Shown here: positions 19,634 to 36,743 of the stretch, in pieces
How positions within the stretch are numbered: position 1 is the stretch's first letter
How the letters are laid out: every line of letters begins with the position of its first letter
Assembly: GCA_033442325.1 (NCBI GenBank)
Contig: JAWQFM010000018.1
Location: 1,175,224 to 1,239,223 of the forward strand
DNA from: Salpingoeca rosetta
Lineage: Eukaryota; Protista; Choanoflagellata
Length of the DNA stretch: 64,000 nt
Direction: 5' to 3'
The notes under the pieces: generated by a model
What the model was told of the DNA's origin: nothing
Seen by the model: the letters and a program-made list of their open reading frames with translations, nothing else
The model's database searches: none
Program-made: the position numbers and the translations under genes

Positions 19634-19695
<62 letters not shown>

Positions 19696-20189
19696 ACAGA
19701 CACACAGACAGACACAGGCACACAGACAGACACAGGCACACAGACACACAGACACACAGACACACACAGACACACAGACACACAGACACACACACGCAGA
19801 CACACACACAGACACACACACAGACACACACACACAGACACACACAGACACACACATACACCAACCTCATGAGTATTGGCAGCACCGGCTTCCACCAAGA
19901 TGCGTGCACATGCAACGGCTTGGTTATCAACACAAAGTTCCAGCGGCGAGACGGTGGCTACGTCGTCATGCACAGCGCGGTTCAGCAGCAGTCTTGGCTC
20001 GTGCCGCAGCAGGCTTCGCAGGCACTGGGTGTTGTTCTGAGTGCACGCCTTTTGCATGGCCAGTCTGAGTGCATCCTCTGCATACACGTGCTCCTGCAAC
20101 AAGCGTGCTACCTCTTCCTCGTTCCTCTCGTCACACGCTCGAAGCAGCGCCTCCACATCGCCTTCTCCAACAGCAACACGCAAATCCAT
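14900..20189 (-). CDS. Ankyrin-repeat protein, many small exons; 3' end uncertain
   Basis: Exons encode GWTALHCAV...[16 protein letters not shown]...[22 protein letters not shown] and [10 protein letters not shown]. First exon is 19870-20189. Confidence 0.75.
18430..19689. repeat. Direct duplication (~18430-18907 and ~19212-19689, offset 782 bp) containing one ankyrin exon
   Basis: The two copies look identical by eye, including the microsatellite tracts. Identical ORFs appear at 18494/19276 and 18515/19297. Confidence 0.9.
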
Positions 20190-20345
20190 CGTCTCCTGTC
20201 AAGCAAGCAAGCAGCTCATTAAAAGTTGCTTCCGTGTTGTTCTTCCTCCCCCCATCATCATCGATTGCATCATGTCAAGACACTGGACGTGGTGGGTTGT
20301 TTGCACCTCTTCACTGTGTTGGCGCAATGAAAGGTTCCATGTCAT

Positions 20346-20438
<93 letters not shown>

Positions 20439-20592
20439 CAGTGGGGAGAAGGGGAGATGTAACACGGAACGAAAAGGGAGAAAGCAGCCGCCGAGTTGTG
20501 TGGTGTGCAGCGCAGAGCAGAGGGACTGGCGTTGTTGTCGTGCCTGTGCGGCTCTTGTGTGACGCATGGCATGGTGGCATGAATGAAGCTGT

Positions 20593-22900
20593 TCACTTGG
20601 AGGCCTGGTGGGCGTACATGTCGTTGATCTGGCGCCGACAACAACGATGATGAACGCACATAGGAGGAAGGGTAGAAAGGTAGCGGGCGTGTGAGTGTGT
20701 GAGTGGTCGAGTGAGTTGTGTGTGTGTGTGTGGGGGGGGGGGGACTAAAGCACACCAGATACAATCATGGGTCGCAGTTACGCACATACACACGCACACA
20801 CCTGCTTGAGGTAGCGGGCCTTGAGCTGAGGGCGGCGCAGCTTGAACGTCGGAGTGAGGCAGCCGTTCTGGACGGTGAAGCCTTGCATCAGCTCGTTCAC
20901 CTCACCCTGAAAGAACACACACACACACAGACACAGACACACACAGACACAGACACACACACACAGACACACACAGACACACACACACACACACACACAC
21001 ATACACACACACATACATACCACGAGGCAACAACGTAGGTGCAAGCATAAGTGCACGGGCACACCAGCAGCCGGCTCGGGTACTAAGTACCCCACAGCAC
21101 ACGCGCACGCGCACACAAATTCACGTTTTGCAACATATGCACACACCTCGACGTGCACGGCCTTTGGAATCTTGAAGCTCGCGAGCTTGGCGGCCTTTCC
21201 TTCGCGCTTGATCTCCTCAAGCAGGAGCACGTTTACCTGAGACAGACACCACGGCACATGGGGATGAAGCAAGGATCACAATGGAATTAGCCCTGGTGAT
21301 ATTGACGTGGACAAACAATGTGGACACACGATGTCACGAAGGGAAAACACCACACAGTGACAGATGATGCACGCATCACATGGTCACACGCCATGCTCGC
21401 ATTCATGCACTGTCATGACAGGCGAAGATAACAAGCACAACAGCGCACCCTCGGGTCCTGCGTTGCCGTGGCAAAGTCGCCCTCAATGCCCTGCTCGCGA
21501 AGCCAGGGCTCCAGCGTCTCCTTGTCCGGAACAACAATGGCCACGAGCGTGGGCTGTGTGCTGTCACCGTACACGAAGATCTGGCCAATGTATTTGCTCC
21601 GATGGAAGATGCCCTCCAGCTCTGCAGGGCGAAGGCAAGAGAGAGGGGGGAGAAGTGGTGGGGTAAGTGGTGGGTGGAGGAGAGCAGATCGCAAACGCAT
21701 CACAGATGAGCTGATGGAGGTACAAGTTGATACCCACAAAAACAACACACACACAAACACATGTACACATGTACACGCAGCAACAAGGCACCAACCTTCG
21801 GCTGCGACGTATTCGCCGTGCGCGAGCTTGAAGATGTTTTTCTTGCGGTCGATGACTTGGATGGACCCGTCGTCAACAATCTGATGGCGCAGTGGTGGAT
21901 GTAGGGGCGGGTGGATGGAAGGAGGTGAGCATGTGTGGACGCTGTGGCCTTGATGGCGCTCCCACATGGCACCGCAATGCATGACATGGCACACAAACAC
22001 AGACACACAGACACAGACACAGACACAGACACACACACACACACACAAACAAACAAACACGCACACACACACAAACAAACAAACAAACAAACACACACAC
22101 ACACACAGACAAATGATGGTGCCGGCACCTGGCCAATGTCGCCGGTGTGGAGCCAGCCGTCGACGAGCGTCTCGGCCGTCTTGTCGGGCAGGTTGTGGTA
22201 GCCGTGGAACACATTCTTGCCGCGGATACAGATCTCACCGCGGGGGAACGGCTTGTCTGGTGACGAGAGGGATGGGCAGCAGTAGCAGCAGCAGAAGGAG
22301 ACAGAGGAACGGTGTACGCATGATGAGCAGGGCAAGCACGCCAAATGGGTGATGCTAGGGACGAAGAAGAATTGCTCACAAACACCACCACGGGCCGTAA
22401 ATACACACAAACACATACACAACGGAGGACGACACATTCACATACACACACAGACAGCACACACGCAGACAGCACACACACACACACACACACAGAGAGA
22501 GACACGCAGACAGCACACACACAGACAGCACACACACACACACACACAGATGTCATCCATCCATATCACCTTTGGAGGTGTACTCGAGCTCCGGCACGTC
22601 CTCAAGCTTAATCTCGCAGCAGGGGACAGGCTCGCCAATGGTGCCTGCGCGCGCATAACCAAGCGGTGTGGCGCATGCGGCGGCGGCGTTCTCCGTCATG
22701 CCGTACCCTTGCAGCACATCGCAGCAGAAGACAACCTTGAGGAAGTCCATGATGTGCGCAGGCAGCGGCGCAGCGCCAGAGACCATCAGCCGGATGCGGC
22801 CTGGAGATGATTGTGTGTGTTTGGGAAGGGGGGGGGGAGATAGTGGTGAGCGGGGTGGTGTGGAGCGGTGGAAGGAAGGATGAAGGAGAGACAGACACGC

Positions 22901-22938
<38 letters not shown>

Positions 22939-23883
22939 GACACAGACACGCAAAACATACACACACAGACACACACCTCCGAGCCGCTCCTTGGTTTTGT
23001 TGAAGATGAGGGCGTCCCACAGCGCATTGCGAGTGCCGTTCTGCACGTTGCCGAGTTGATTGCCCATGGCAAAGTTGAACAGCGTCTGCTTCAGCCAGCC
23101 AGAGCTCTCAACCGTTTGTGTCACCTGCACACCACAGGTGACCGAAAAGGGGAAGGGAAGGGGTGAGTGGAGGTGATAGGACACTGAATAAATGCTGGTG
23201 GGACAGACACATGCTCACGGACTGCGAAGGAAAACAACTACCAGCACGTCCACAAAAGCACACACACACACACACACACACGCACGCACTTAAACACAGA
23301 CATTTTCGCGACTGCACCTTGTCGTAGAAGCGGGAGTAGACGCGTGGCACGCCGGCAAAGACGGTTGGGCGAAGGGCCTGGATGTCGTCCATCAGCAGTC
23401 TGACGTTTCCTTGGTAGAACCCAATGGAGGCACCGCCTGTAAAGCACATCACCTCCACAATGGCCTCGAAGATGTGTGCGAGCGGGAGATAGCTGCCAGT
23501 GGCCCGTGCATGCGGCGCCACGTGAATCGAAAGAAGCGAGTGGGGTCGTGGGGGTCGTGGGGGTGAGGGTCGTACAAGGCCTCTCTGTGCATGACAACAA
23601 CATGAGCCCACCCCAGCAAATACGCACATACGCATAGACGCACACACAAACACCTACACAGACATACACACACACACACCTGAGGTAGACGTCGTGCTGG
23701 TAGATGGTGACGTTCATGCCCAACAGGCCCGCGGTGGAGGTGACGACGTTGCAGTGGGACAGCCGCACGCCCTTGGGGTTGCCCGTCGTGCCAGAGGTAT
23801 ACATGACGTCTGCAAAATGGATTTCATGTGTCTCCCAAAGTGAGCACGTGCCAACCACGCACAGGCACACAGAAGCACACAGA

Positions 23884-23937
<54 letters not shown>

Positions 23938-25414
23938 GACAGAAACACAGACACACACACACACACTAAGGGACGTACATGCGAGGTCATCTGGGGAAAT
24001 GTCAGCTGGAGGAACGGCCTTCTCTGCCTGGGCCTTGAACTCGTCAAGGGACAGGAGGGTCACGCCTTCGGGGACCTGTTTCAACGGAGGAAAGGGGGCA
24101 ATGGGTTGAATGCACAGCGGGGTACACAGACGTGCACAAACACAGACACAGACACAGACACAGACACAGACACAGACACACACGCACATGCCCATGCCCA
24201 CAGACACGCACACGCACATGCCCACAGACACACACACACACACAGACACACAGACATACAGACATACACAGCAGATACACAGACACACACACACAGACAC
24301 ACACACACACACAGACACACACACGATACCAACCTTGGCCCTGTGCTCGTCATCGACGGGCTCAAACTGGATGACGGTGGTGACATCACAGTGATCCACA
24401 ACTTCAAGGACCTGATCAATCTTCGCTTTCTCGCAGAACACGGTGGTGACCTTTGCATCGCGAAGAATGAACTTGCTCGACTCTGCCCCGAGCGTGTCGT
24501 AGAGCGGTACGCACACGTGGCCCTGCCGCCACACAGCAAGCAGGGACTTGACCCAGCCCATGGAGTTGACGCCGAAGATGCTGATGGTGGAGTGAGGGTC
24601 CAGGTTCAATTGGGCAATGGCTGAGCCGATCTTCGCCACCTCGTCGCCCACTTGTCCGTACGTCTCGAAGGTGTACGGGCCAACGCTGCCCTCGTCGTTC
24701 ACGGGGCGGTACCCCAGCATGTCGTTGTCCTTGAACTTCTTGGTCGCCCTGGCATGTCACATACAGGGACGGATGTAAGTGTGTGAGTGTGTGTATGTAT
24801 GTATGTATGTATGTATGTATGTATGTATGTATGTATGTATGTATGTATGTATGTATGTATGTATGTATGTATGTATGTATGTATGTATGTATGTATGTAT
24901 GTATGTATGTATGTATGTATGTATGTATGCATGTATGTGTGTGAGAGAGAGAGAGAGTGAGAGAGTGTGTGTGAGAGAGAGAGAGTGAGAGAGAGTGTGT
25001 GAGTGTGTGTGTGTGTGTGTGTGCGACACAAGCTGGTCGTCGGTGCAAGAGGGGTTGCGTTTGACAAGGAGGAAATATGTGAACACGCGCACCTCTCGAA
25101 GATGCGCCATAGCGTGTTGACGTCCGGTTCATCTTCAAATGGGAGGCTGATGATCTTGTTTGGCTGTTTGCTGTTGCGAATGATCGGGGAGCTTGTCTAC
25201 AAAACCCAAACAGCCGCCATCGTGCATCAAGAGGTGAACTGCGTGAGCATGAACGGAACACATCTTGCACACCAATAACAACCAACATTTTGGTGGTGTG
25301 GTGACAAGGAACATCTCGTTGCCACCATCAACACACACATGCACACACCTCCGTGGCAGAGTTGGGGACTTGGTAGCCAACACGGTCAATCAAGGTGGAC
25401 GGTGACAGGCCCAT
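20593..25414 (-). CDS. ACSL: Long-chain fatty acyl-CoA synthetase (ACSL/LACS family), multi-exon
   Basis: [54 protein letters not shown] and [12 protein letters not shown] motifs. Confidence 0.95.
24793..24929. repeat. (TATG)n intronic microsatellite
   Basis: Directly visible; one of many (CA)n, (GA)n, (GAGT)n, (CAT)n and (CAC)n tracts in introns and intergenic DNA. Confidence 0.95.
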
Positions 25415-25673
25415 GGTGCTGGTTGCGGCGGTGGAAGCAGGGTGTTGTAGGTGAGTGTGCTTTGTGTTGTTGTTGTTGTGTTGTTGTGGATTGGTCCTAC
25501 CGCGGTGGATACAACGATTATATGACCTAATGCGTACCTTACTTTGCACCTGAATTCAGTCGAAGTGCGACAACACACACACACACACACACACGCACAC
25601 AACACACACACAGACACACACACGCACACACACAGACACACAACACACAGACACGCAGACACAGACACACAAC

Positions 25674-25713
<40 letters not shown>

Positions 25714-25979
25714 CCGTTCTCATTCCATATCTGTCTCGCATTCCCACATGTGCATTTCATTGTCACATCAAACATAACCTCTCAATTCAAGCAAAACCAA
25801 TTCAAGCAAAACCAAGCCAAGCAAGCACATCGTCATCGTCTCAATCAAGCCAAACAAGCGCACACAAACAAGGGAGGGATCACCACCATCACCACAAACA
25901 AAAGGAACCCTGGCACCGAAACAAGCCGAAAGAAAGACTCGCAGGGCTGGGCATGCGCGTGCGGTGGTGCGTTGGTTGT

Positions 25980-29166
<3,187 letters not shown>

Positions 29167-29353
29167 GGTTGGTTGGTTGGTTGGTTGGTTGTTGTGCAAA
29201 GGGCAATCTGGGTGAGCTGGGTGAGCTGGACGAGCGAAGAAAAAAGGCGCAATGCACAATCAACGACAAGCGCACGTGGAAGGAACACTTTTGAAGAAAG
29301 TACCCAAGGATGTTTTGTATTAGCAAATTCCGCCAAATACATCAATAACAGTT

Positions 29354-29427
29354 GTTTCCGTGGTGTAGTTGGCTATCACATCAGTCTCACACACTGAAGG
29401 TCTCCGGTTCGAGCCCGGACGGAAACA
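29354..29427 (+). tRNA. tRNA-Val (anticodon CAC)
   Basis: Acceptor stem GTTTCCG/CGGAAAC, anticodon arm TCAGT-CTCACAC-ACTGA, T-loop GGTTCGAGCC and a downstream T-run. Confidence 0.97.
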
Positions 29428-29793
29428 TACTTGATTTTTCTTTCTTTTGCCGCGAACAATAAATTGTGCGCGTGTGTTTTCCCCCACAGAACAACCCAAA
29501 CCCAAAACGCTGCAACCGCCACTCATCGAGCCGCAGCCCACACGTCCCCCTCTCAGCATTCCACCCATCCATTGCCACCTCAACCAGTCCTTTTGTTTGC
29601 TGGCGAGTAACAACTGATCGGCGAGTGCACAAGCACAGGCAGACAAGAAGAAGGCAGGCCAGCAACCAACGGATCGCGTCTCATTCACCTCCTGATTCTT
29701 TCTCACTCCCTCTGCCCCCCTCCCCCTCCAATCTGGATGGCGTTGCATGCAAGCACGTCTGGCGTGGCCGCGCGTACGCGTGGGGCTGCGCGG

Positions 29794-30357
29794 ATGGCGC
29801 GTCTTCTTCTTCTTCTTGTGCTAAAGCTGATGATGTTGCTGGTGGTGCTGGGCGGGAACAAGGGGAACAGTGGCTTGCGCCTCCCTGCTGCGGCTGCTGC
29901 CGCTGCTGAGGGCGATCGCCCAAACGTCATCGTGTTCCTGCTGGACGATGTCGGTGCGGCGCGGTTCCCATTTTATGGGAGTGAGACAGATGTCACCCCG
30001 AACATCAACTCGCTCGCGGACAAGGCCGTTGTCTTCGATTCCTTCTTTACCCAGCCAGTGTGCGGCCCTTCTCGCGCCACGCTGCTCAGCGGGCGCTACC
30101 CTTCCAGCACGGGGGTGATCGAGAACAACTCAGACGCAGACACTTTCGCAGATGCAGACTGCACTCTTGGCTCGACCTTCCAGTCCGTCGGCTACAGCAC
30201 CGCCGTCTTCGGCAAGCTGCATGCTGCCCACACGCACGTCAACACGCTGAACTCCAGCTGCGGCTTTGACAAGTGGTCAATCTGGGCCCGCGAGGGCGCA
30301 CGTTACCACAACGCATTTGTATGTCGCACCATGTGTGTGTGTGTGTGTGTGCGTGTG

Positions 30358-30399
<42 letters not shown>

Positions 30400-31625
30400 C
30401 GCGCACGTTGATCGCTTGACACGGCGATGTGTGCATCTTTGTACCGATGTGTGCATCGTTTTACGGATGTGTGTTTCTTTGTGTCTACTGGTCTCTGAGT
30501 CCATGTGCACTTTGAGGTCCAGATCTTCACATCATCACCCGGTGGCCCCTTGATCCCCCCTCCCACAAACTCATTCGTGCGCTTGCTCGTTCACTCCACG
30601 CAATCGCACCCTTGCTGATGCATGCTGTACAGATCACGACCAACCTCGGGCACGGCGGCAACCTGACGTACGACGAGATGGTGGAGGCTGCAACAAGCGT
30701 CAACGGCACCGCAGAATCCCGCACCTTCCAAATCCAAGACGCATACTGCCCACACCTCAACCGCGAGCTGGCCAAGGCGCACATCACCGCAAGCAAGGCC
30801 GAGGGTAGGCCCTTCTTCATGTATCTGCCCATGTTGCTAGCCCACGGCCGCTTTCCCGAGCGAGATTCCGAGCCGTCTCTGCCACCGGGCATGATCCCCG
30901 CAAGCGACCCGCCGTACAGCAACCTGTTTGACCAGCGCGTGATGGTCGCCGACGCCATCATCGGCGACATCCTGCGCCACCTCACCATCGAGGGCGTGGC
31001 CAAGAACACCATCGTCGTCGTGGTTGGTGATAACGGGGCCCCTCGCAAGGTGGAGGCTGTCGTGAACGGCGTCACGGTCGAGAGCGGCAAGTTCACCGCC
31101 TACCGCAGCGCAGGCACGCGCGTGCCCTGTCTCTTCTATGACCCGCGCATTCCGGTTGCAATCCCAAAGGCCCGCCGCATCCGCGCCGTCGCGAACATGT
31201 ACGACATTCTCCCCACCCTCATGGACGCAACCAACATCGACCGCTTGCCTGCAGGCAAGAACAAGCCCAACGGCGCCAGCCTCTGGAAGTTCATCACAAA
31301 CGATCGGCGCGGGTGGGGCAAATGGACGTTCCTGTTTGGTCAGCAGCCAGCACACGCCGTCATTCGCAACCACAAGGTCATCATCTCCTCCCTGGGCGAC
31401 ATCTACTCCGAGAACAAGTGGTACACTCCCAAGCCGCTTGCACCAACTGCAGTGTGCACCAAGAAGCTGGTGCGAAAGCGCTATCAGTACATGGTAAACC
31501 ATGCCTGGAAGGCCGGTATCAACGTCACCTTGCCCGGCTCGGACACGCCGCTGGCCCCGTACTCCTGTGATGATCTCGTGTGCAACCCAGATACCAACCT
31601 TCTTGAGTGCATTACCACTAACTAG
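29794..31625 (+). CDS. Secreted formylglycine-dependent (S1) sulfatase, copy 1; 2 exons
   Basis: Signal peptide, PNVIVFLLDDVG, CGPSRATLLSGR, GKLH, GDNG and GTRVP. Intron at 30319-30632. An alternative start lies at 29737. Confidence 0.93.
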
Positions 31626-31628
31626 GCT

Positions 31629-31694
<66 letters not shown>

Positions 31695-32245
31695 TGTGAG
31701 TGCGTGCGAGTGCGTGCGAGTGCGTGTGTGTGTCTGCGCCATGCGTGTTGTGCAGCATGAAGCCTCGAGCTACATCCATGCATGCCTTGAATTTTCGCCT
31801 GTTTCGCTTGCTCATGTACAATCGTGCATTGAGCTTCTGACCCTTTTGTTTGCCCGCTCTTTCTGCATCTCACACGTGGTGTGGTTTGATGCCCTTCCTT
31901 GCCTGCTTTCTTGTTTGCTTGTTTCACATCACTTTGCTTGAGTCTTTTGGGGTTCTGACACGAGAAAATGCTGATGAACACACCCCAAGCACAAGCGCAA
32001 ACACACACAGACTCAGTCACACAGGCTCAGACTCAGTCACACAGAATCAGACACAGACACAGACACACACACACCCAAAACACACAGACACACACACACC
32101 CAAAACACACAGACACACACCCACCCACCCAAGCACACACCAACACATCCAAAGCACACACACCACACGTGAGACAGACAGAACACGGCAACATACAAGC
32201 AAAGCAATACACAAGATAAACCAGCCTGCAATGTCATAAACCACG

Positions 32246-35200
32246 TCACTTCCTGCCCTTCAGCCGGGTCTCCAGGACAGGGAATGAGGGGCGGCGAGTC
32301 GCCTCCTGCGCCATACACATGTACGCGAGATCCCGATACCACTCGGGCGTGGGGTGTACGGCATCTATCATGCGAATACGCGGGCAAGATGTGCGTGAGT
32401 GTGCATGTTTGAAAAGGAGGACATCAGAGATGTGTGATTGCGAGCTGTCTCACGACGAACGAGGAATGACGTCAAAGTAAACACATTGACACAAACACAC
32501 ACAGACACACACACAGACACACAGACAGACAGACACACACACACACACACAGACAGACACACACACACACACACACACACAAGCGCACAGTCAACTCACC
32601 ACCCTGTTTAACATCTTCGTCCTCGTCAAACTTGAGGCGCTTGCCCTCCTCCAGCAAGCTGCTCAGCGTGGCCAGCAATGGCCCACAGTACCCGCGCCCC
32701 TTCTCCTGCAGAATCAGATCTGGGTCGCGCTGGGTCGCCACCTCCCACATGAGCACGCCAAAGCTGAACACGTCTGCCTTGGCGTTGTACTTCTTGCCCA
32801 GCAGTGCCTCTGGTGCCATGTACAGCGGCGTGCCGACAGCAGCCGTCAGGTTCATGCTGACAGACGCCACGCCAGCACCAGCGCTGTACGGGAGGTCGCC
32901 GCCCGAAAACACCTGACCATCATTCCCGCCACCATCACCATCCTCGCTGTGAGCAGCGTTGTTGCTGCGGCGTGCAGGTGCAACCAGGCGATGGTTTGGG
33001 GAGATGCCGAGGTGCTGCGTAATGGTTCCAAAGTCTGTGATCTTTGCGCGCAAGTGGCTCGATACCAGCACATTGCCTCCCTTGAGATCCCTGATGACAA
33101 TGCAGCCGGTTTGCGTGCGGTTGGTGTGTGCGCGTGAGACGAAGAACAACGGGCCAGTGACACGGTACGGCAAATGCAAACACACACACGCACACAGCGC
33201 AACACACAGCGCCACACACCACACACAGACAAACCCACACCCACACACTCATACCCACACCCACACACAGATACACAGGTATACACAGCGCAACACACAA
33301 GCCCCCCCCCCCCCACACACACATAGACAGCTACACACACCTGTGGAATTGGGCGAGGCTGTGGATAAACGCCATTCCACACGCAACGTCTTGCATCCAC
33401 TGCAGCTTGAGATCCCACACAGACGCAGCAGCGCTGTCGCCACCATCATCGCGGTCATCAACACAGCTCTCCCCACTGCCTGCAAGCGGAACAACAACAG
33501 CAGCACCGCCACGTAAGCCACTGCCCCACCCACGTCTGTGCTGCTGCACAACAGCGTCAAGGTCTGTCCGCAACAGGTCTCGGAGCGATCCCAACGCAAC
33601 AAACTCAAGCACAAGGAAAGGGCGCGCGCTGTCGTCTTTGCCGGCACCAAAGAAGCGCACGAGGTGCGGGTGGCGCGTGCGCTGGAGAAAGTCAACCTCC
33701 TTCTCAAACTCGCGCTGTGTGCCCTCGTCAAACGCAAGCGCCGTGTCCTTCATCACCTTCACGGCAACGTGCACCGTGTCCCACTCGGCCTCCCACACAT
33801 CGCCGTAGGCACCAGACGCAATGTGCCGGCGAAGATCAAGCTCGTCAAATGGAATCTCCCACGCGGCCTTGAGCGCCAGCACCTCCGCGTCCTTCTCGGA
33901 GAGCAGCTGCACGTTGAGCTCGTTCTCTGCCCGCAGCAGCCGGTGTGTGCGGTACCAGCGGTACATGAAGTACAGCGCAGCCTGCAGCAGCAGCACGCCA
34001 GCCACCGTGCCCAGCACCACGGGCACGGGGTTGAGCTGCTTCTTGACACACGTCGTGCTGGCGCTGCCAATGCGGCCCCGCGTTTCATAGCCAACCGCAC
34101 ACGCGCACGAGTGGAAGTAGGCGAGGTTGTACTCCTGCACCTCCGGGCGCCCAAGCAGCCGCGTGCGAAGGTCCGTCACCTTGAGCTGGCACACCACGGG
34201 CGCGTTTGTCAGCTGCATGATGGGGATGCTGGGGCGGCTGCGCAGCCGGATAAACTGGTTGGTGTTGAGCTCCTGCGCGCTCACAGCGACAACCTGCCGC
34301 ACAGAGCCCTCAATCACCGCCGGGCTTGACAGCCACTGGTTGTCGCTCAGGTCAAGCAGCTCCACATTGCTGAACGTCAAGCACTGCGCAAGCAGCGTCT
34401 GCGTGTGCGTGGGCGCGCGCACCTGCATGTTGTACCAGCTCCTGGCCACAACAACACGGCTGCCGAGCGAGTGGCACAGCGCGCGCGTGAGTGGCACTTG
34501 CGTGCGGCTGATATCGACAATCTGCACAGAGGGCACGGCCAGGCTGGTCAGCTCGGGGCACCCGGACACGTTGAGCTGCTGTGCCGACGCGTACAGGGTC
34601 ACGCTCTCCAGCCGTGGGTTGCCTTGCAGAAACACAACGTCAATGTCGTTGTCGCGGCACAGGTCAATGCGCGAGTACCCCGTGTTGCGCAGCCCAACGC
34701 TCTCCACCTGTGGGCTGAGGAGCTTGCACAGCTGTGGCAGCGGTACGCTTGCCTCGTCCATCCCCGGCCACCCAAGATAGAGGCCTTTCAGCTGCAGTGG
34801 TGGTGCTGCTGGTGTTGCCGCCGCCAACGCAGAAAGCAGCGCGCGCACATCGACATTTGTGATGTCGAGTTGCACCAGCGGCGCGGAGATGGCAGCCAGG
34901 GCAGCGGCGGGCGATGTGATGTGGGGATCACGCACGGTGGGCGCTGGGCTGATCTCCAGTCGCTGCAGACGCGAGAGGGCAAGCAGCGGCGCAATGTCGA
35001 GCGCACTGATGGCGTTGTTGTTGAAGTAGAGGGAGCGAAGCGTAGGCAGGCCTGTCACGTCAAGCATCTGCGTGATGGGGTTGCTGTTGAGGCGGAGGGA
35101 GGTGATGGAGGGGAGATGCACACCGCGCGGGAACACCGTCAACCGGTTGTGTGCAATTGACAGGTGCTGCAGGTTTGGCAGGTCAGCCAAAAACGCGCAG

Positions 35201-36685
35201 CCACCGCCGCGAAGTTGCTGTTGCTGCTGCTGCTGCATTTGCATTTGCTGTTGCTGTTGGGGTGCCGTTGTGGGACCTGCTGCTGCTGTTGCTGTGACTT
35301 CGAAGGCGGTTGGCGGGAGGGAGGCAATCTGGTTGTGGCTGAGGTCCAGGATGCGAAGGAGGGTGTGGTTCTGCACCAGGCACGGCGGTACAGCAGTGAT
35401 GCTGTTCTGCTGCACGCTGAGATTCTCCAACACGGGCATCGCCTGCAGTAGCGATGGCGGCAGGGATGTGATGCTGTTCTCGAGCACAAGGAGGTCGCGG
35501 AGGTGCGGAGCATATCCGCCAAACCAGTCCATCGACAGCTGCGTCAGCGCATTGTCCTGTAGGGAGAGCACACTCAGGCGCGTGAGGGCAGCAAAGGTGT
35601 TGGGCGGGATGTGGGACAGGCGGTTGTGCCTGAGATAGAGCTCCTGCAGGTTGGGTGTGGAGCTGAAGAGCCCGGGCGGAAGGTGGGTGATGAGGGTGAA
35701 GGTAAGGGTAAACCAGCGAAGGCGAATCTGGTCGGCAAGCAGCGTTGCAGGCAGCGATGTCACGACGCTGACGCCGAGGTCCAGGTGGACGAGCCGGGAG
35801 AGGCCACGGAAGAGGTTGGGGTGCAAGGTGGACACGTCGTTCCTGCTCAAATTAAGGAAGAGGAGGGACGTGAGCGGGGCAAAGGCCGTGTTGTCGATGG
35901 AGTGGATGTGGTTGTGGGCGAGATCCAGCACGCGCAGATTCCCGAGCGCAGCGAAGGTGGCGTTGGGGATGGTGGTGAGCTGGTTGCTGTGCAGGACAAG
36001 GCGGTCCAGGGAAGTCATGTTGCTAAAAGTGGTGTCGTGGAGTTGGCGCACGCGCGTGTTTGTCACGCTGATGCGCTCAATCTGGCCGGCGAGCACGAAC
36101 GGGAGGTGGCGTGCTGCATATGTGTCGCTGTACATGCTGCTACGCTGCGCCGTGTTGTTGGTAAAGGCTGAAATATTGGTGAAGGCAAGTGAGGACATGA
36201 TGTCTTCGCCTTCATCGTCTGTGGGCGCAGGCGACAGCCCAAAGACCACGGTGCTGGTGTTGGCAATGTCGATGCGCGTGAGCGTGCTCAGCGGGTTGAG
36301 CATGTTCAGGAAGAAGAATGGCGACACGAGGCTTCGCAGCTGCACAGAGGTGATGCCGGCCCATGCCGAGCCACCCGTGGTGAGCACAAACTCGAGGTCG
36401 CCCGTGTGCACCTTGCCGGAGATTCTGAGGAGCGACGGCTGCACGGTTGACACGAGGGCGCTGATCCACGCCGTTACGTTGGCTGTGGACACGGGTTGCA
36501 AGGAAGGCAGCAGGGGCGTGTCATCGTCCACGGCATCGAACCACAGCACGAGTGTGCTGCTCTGTTGCACCAAGGTTCCTGTGGCATCTGTGGTTGTGCA
36601 GTTCCCAGCAACCAGAGCGGATACAAAGCACGTGATGCTGCCGCGATTGTTCTCCTGAGCAGCAAGTAAGGCACGTCGACCACGG

Positions 36686-36743
<58 letters not shown>

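Noticed and set aside
29274-29279. CACGTG E-boxes upstream of ADK and sulfatase 2
   Set aside because: The hexamer is very frequent in this CA/GT-rich DNA, so it is uninformative without conservation data.
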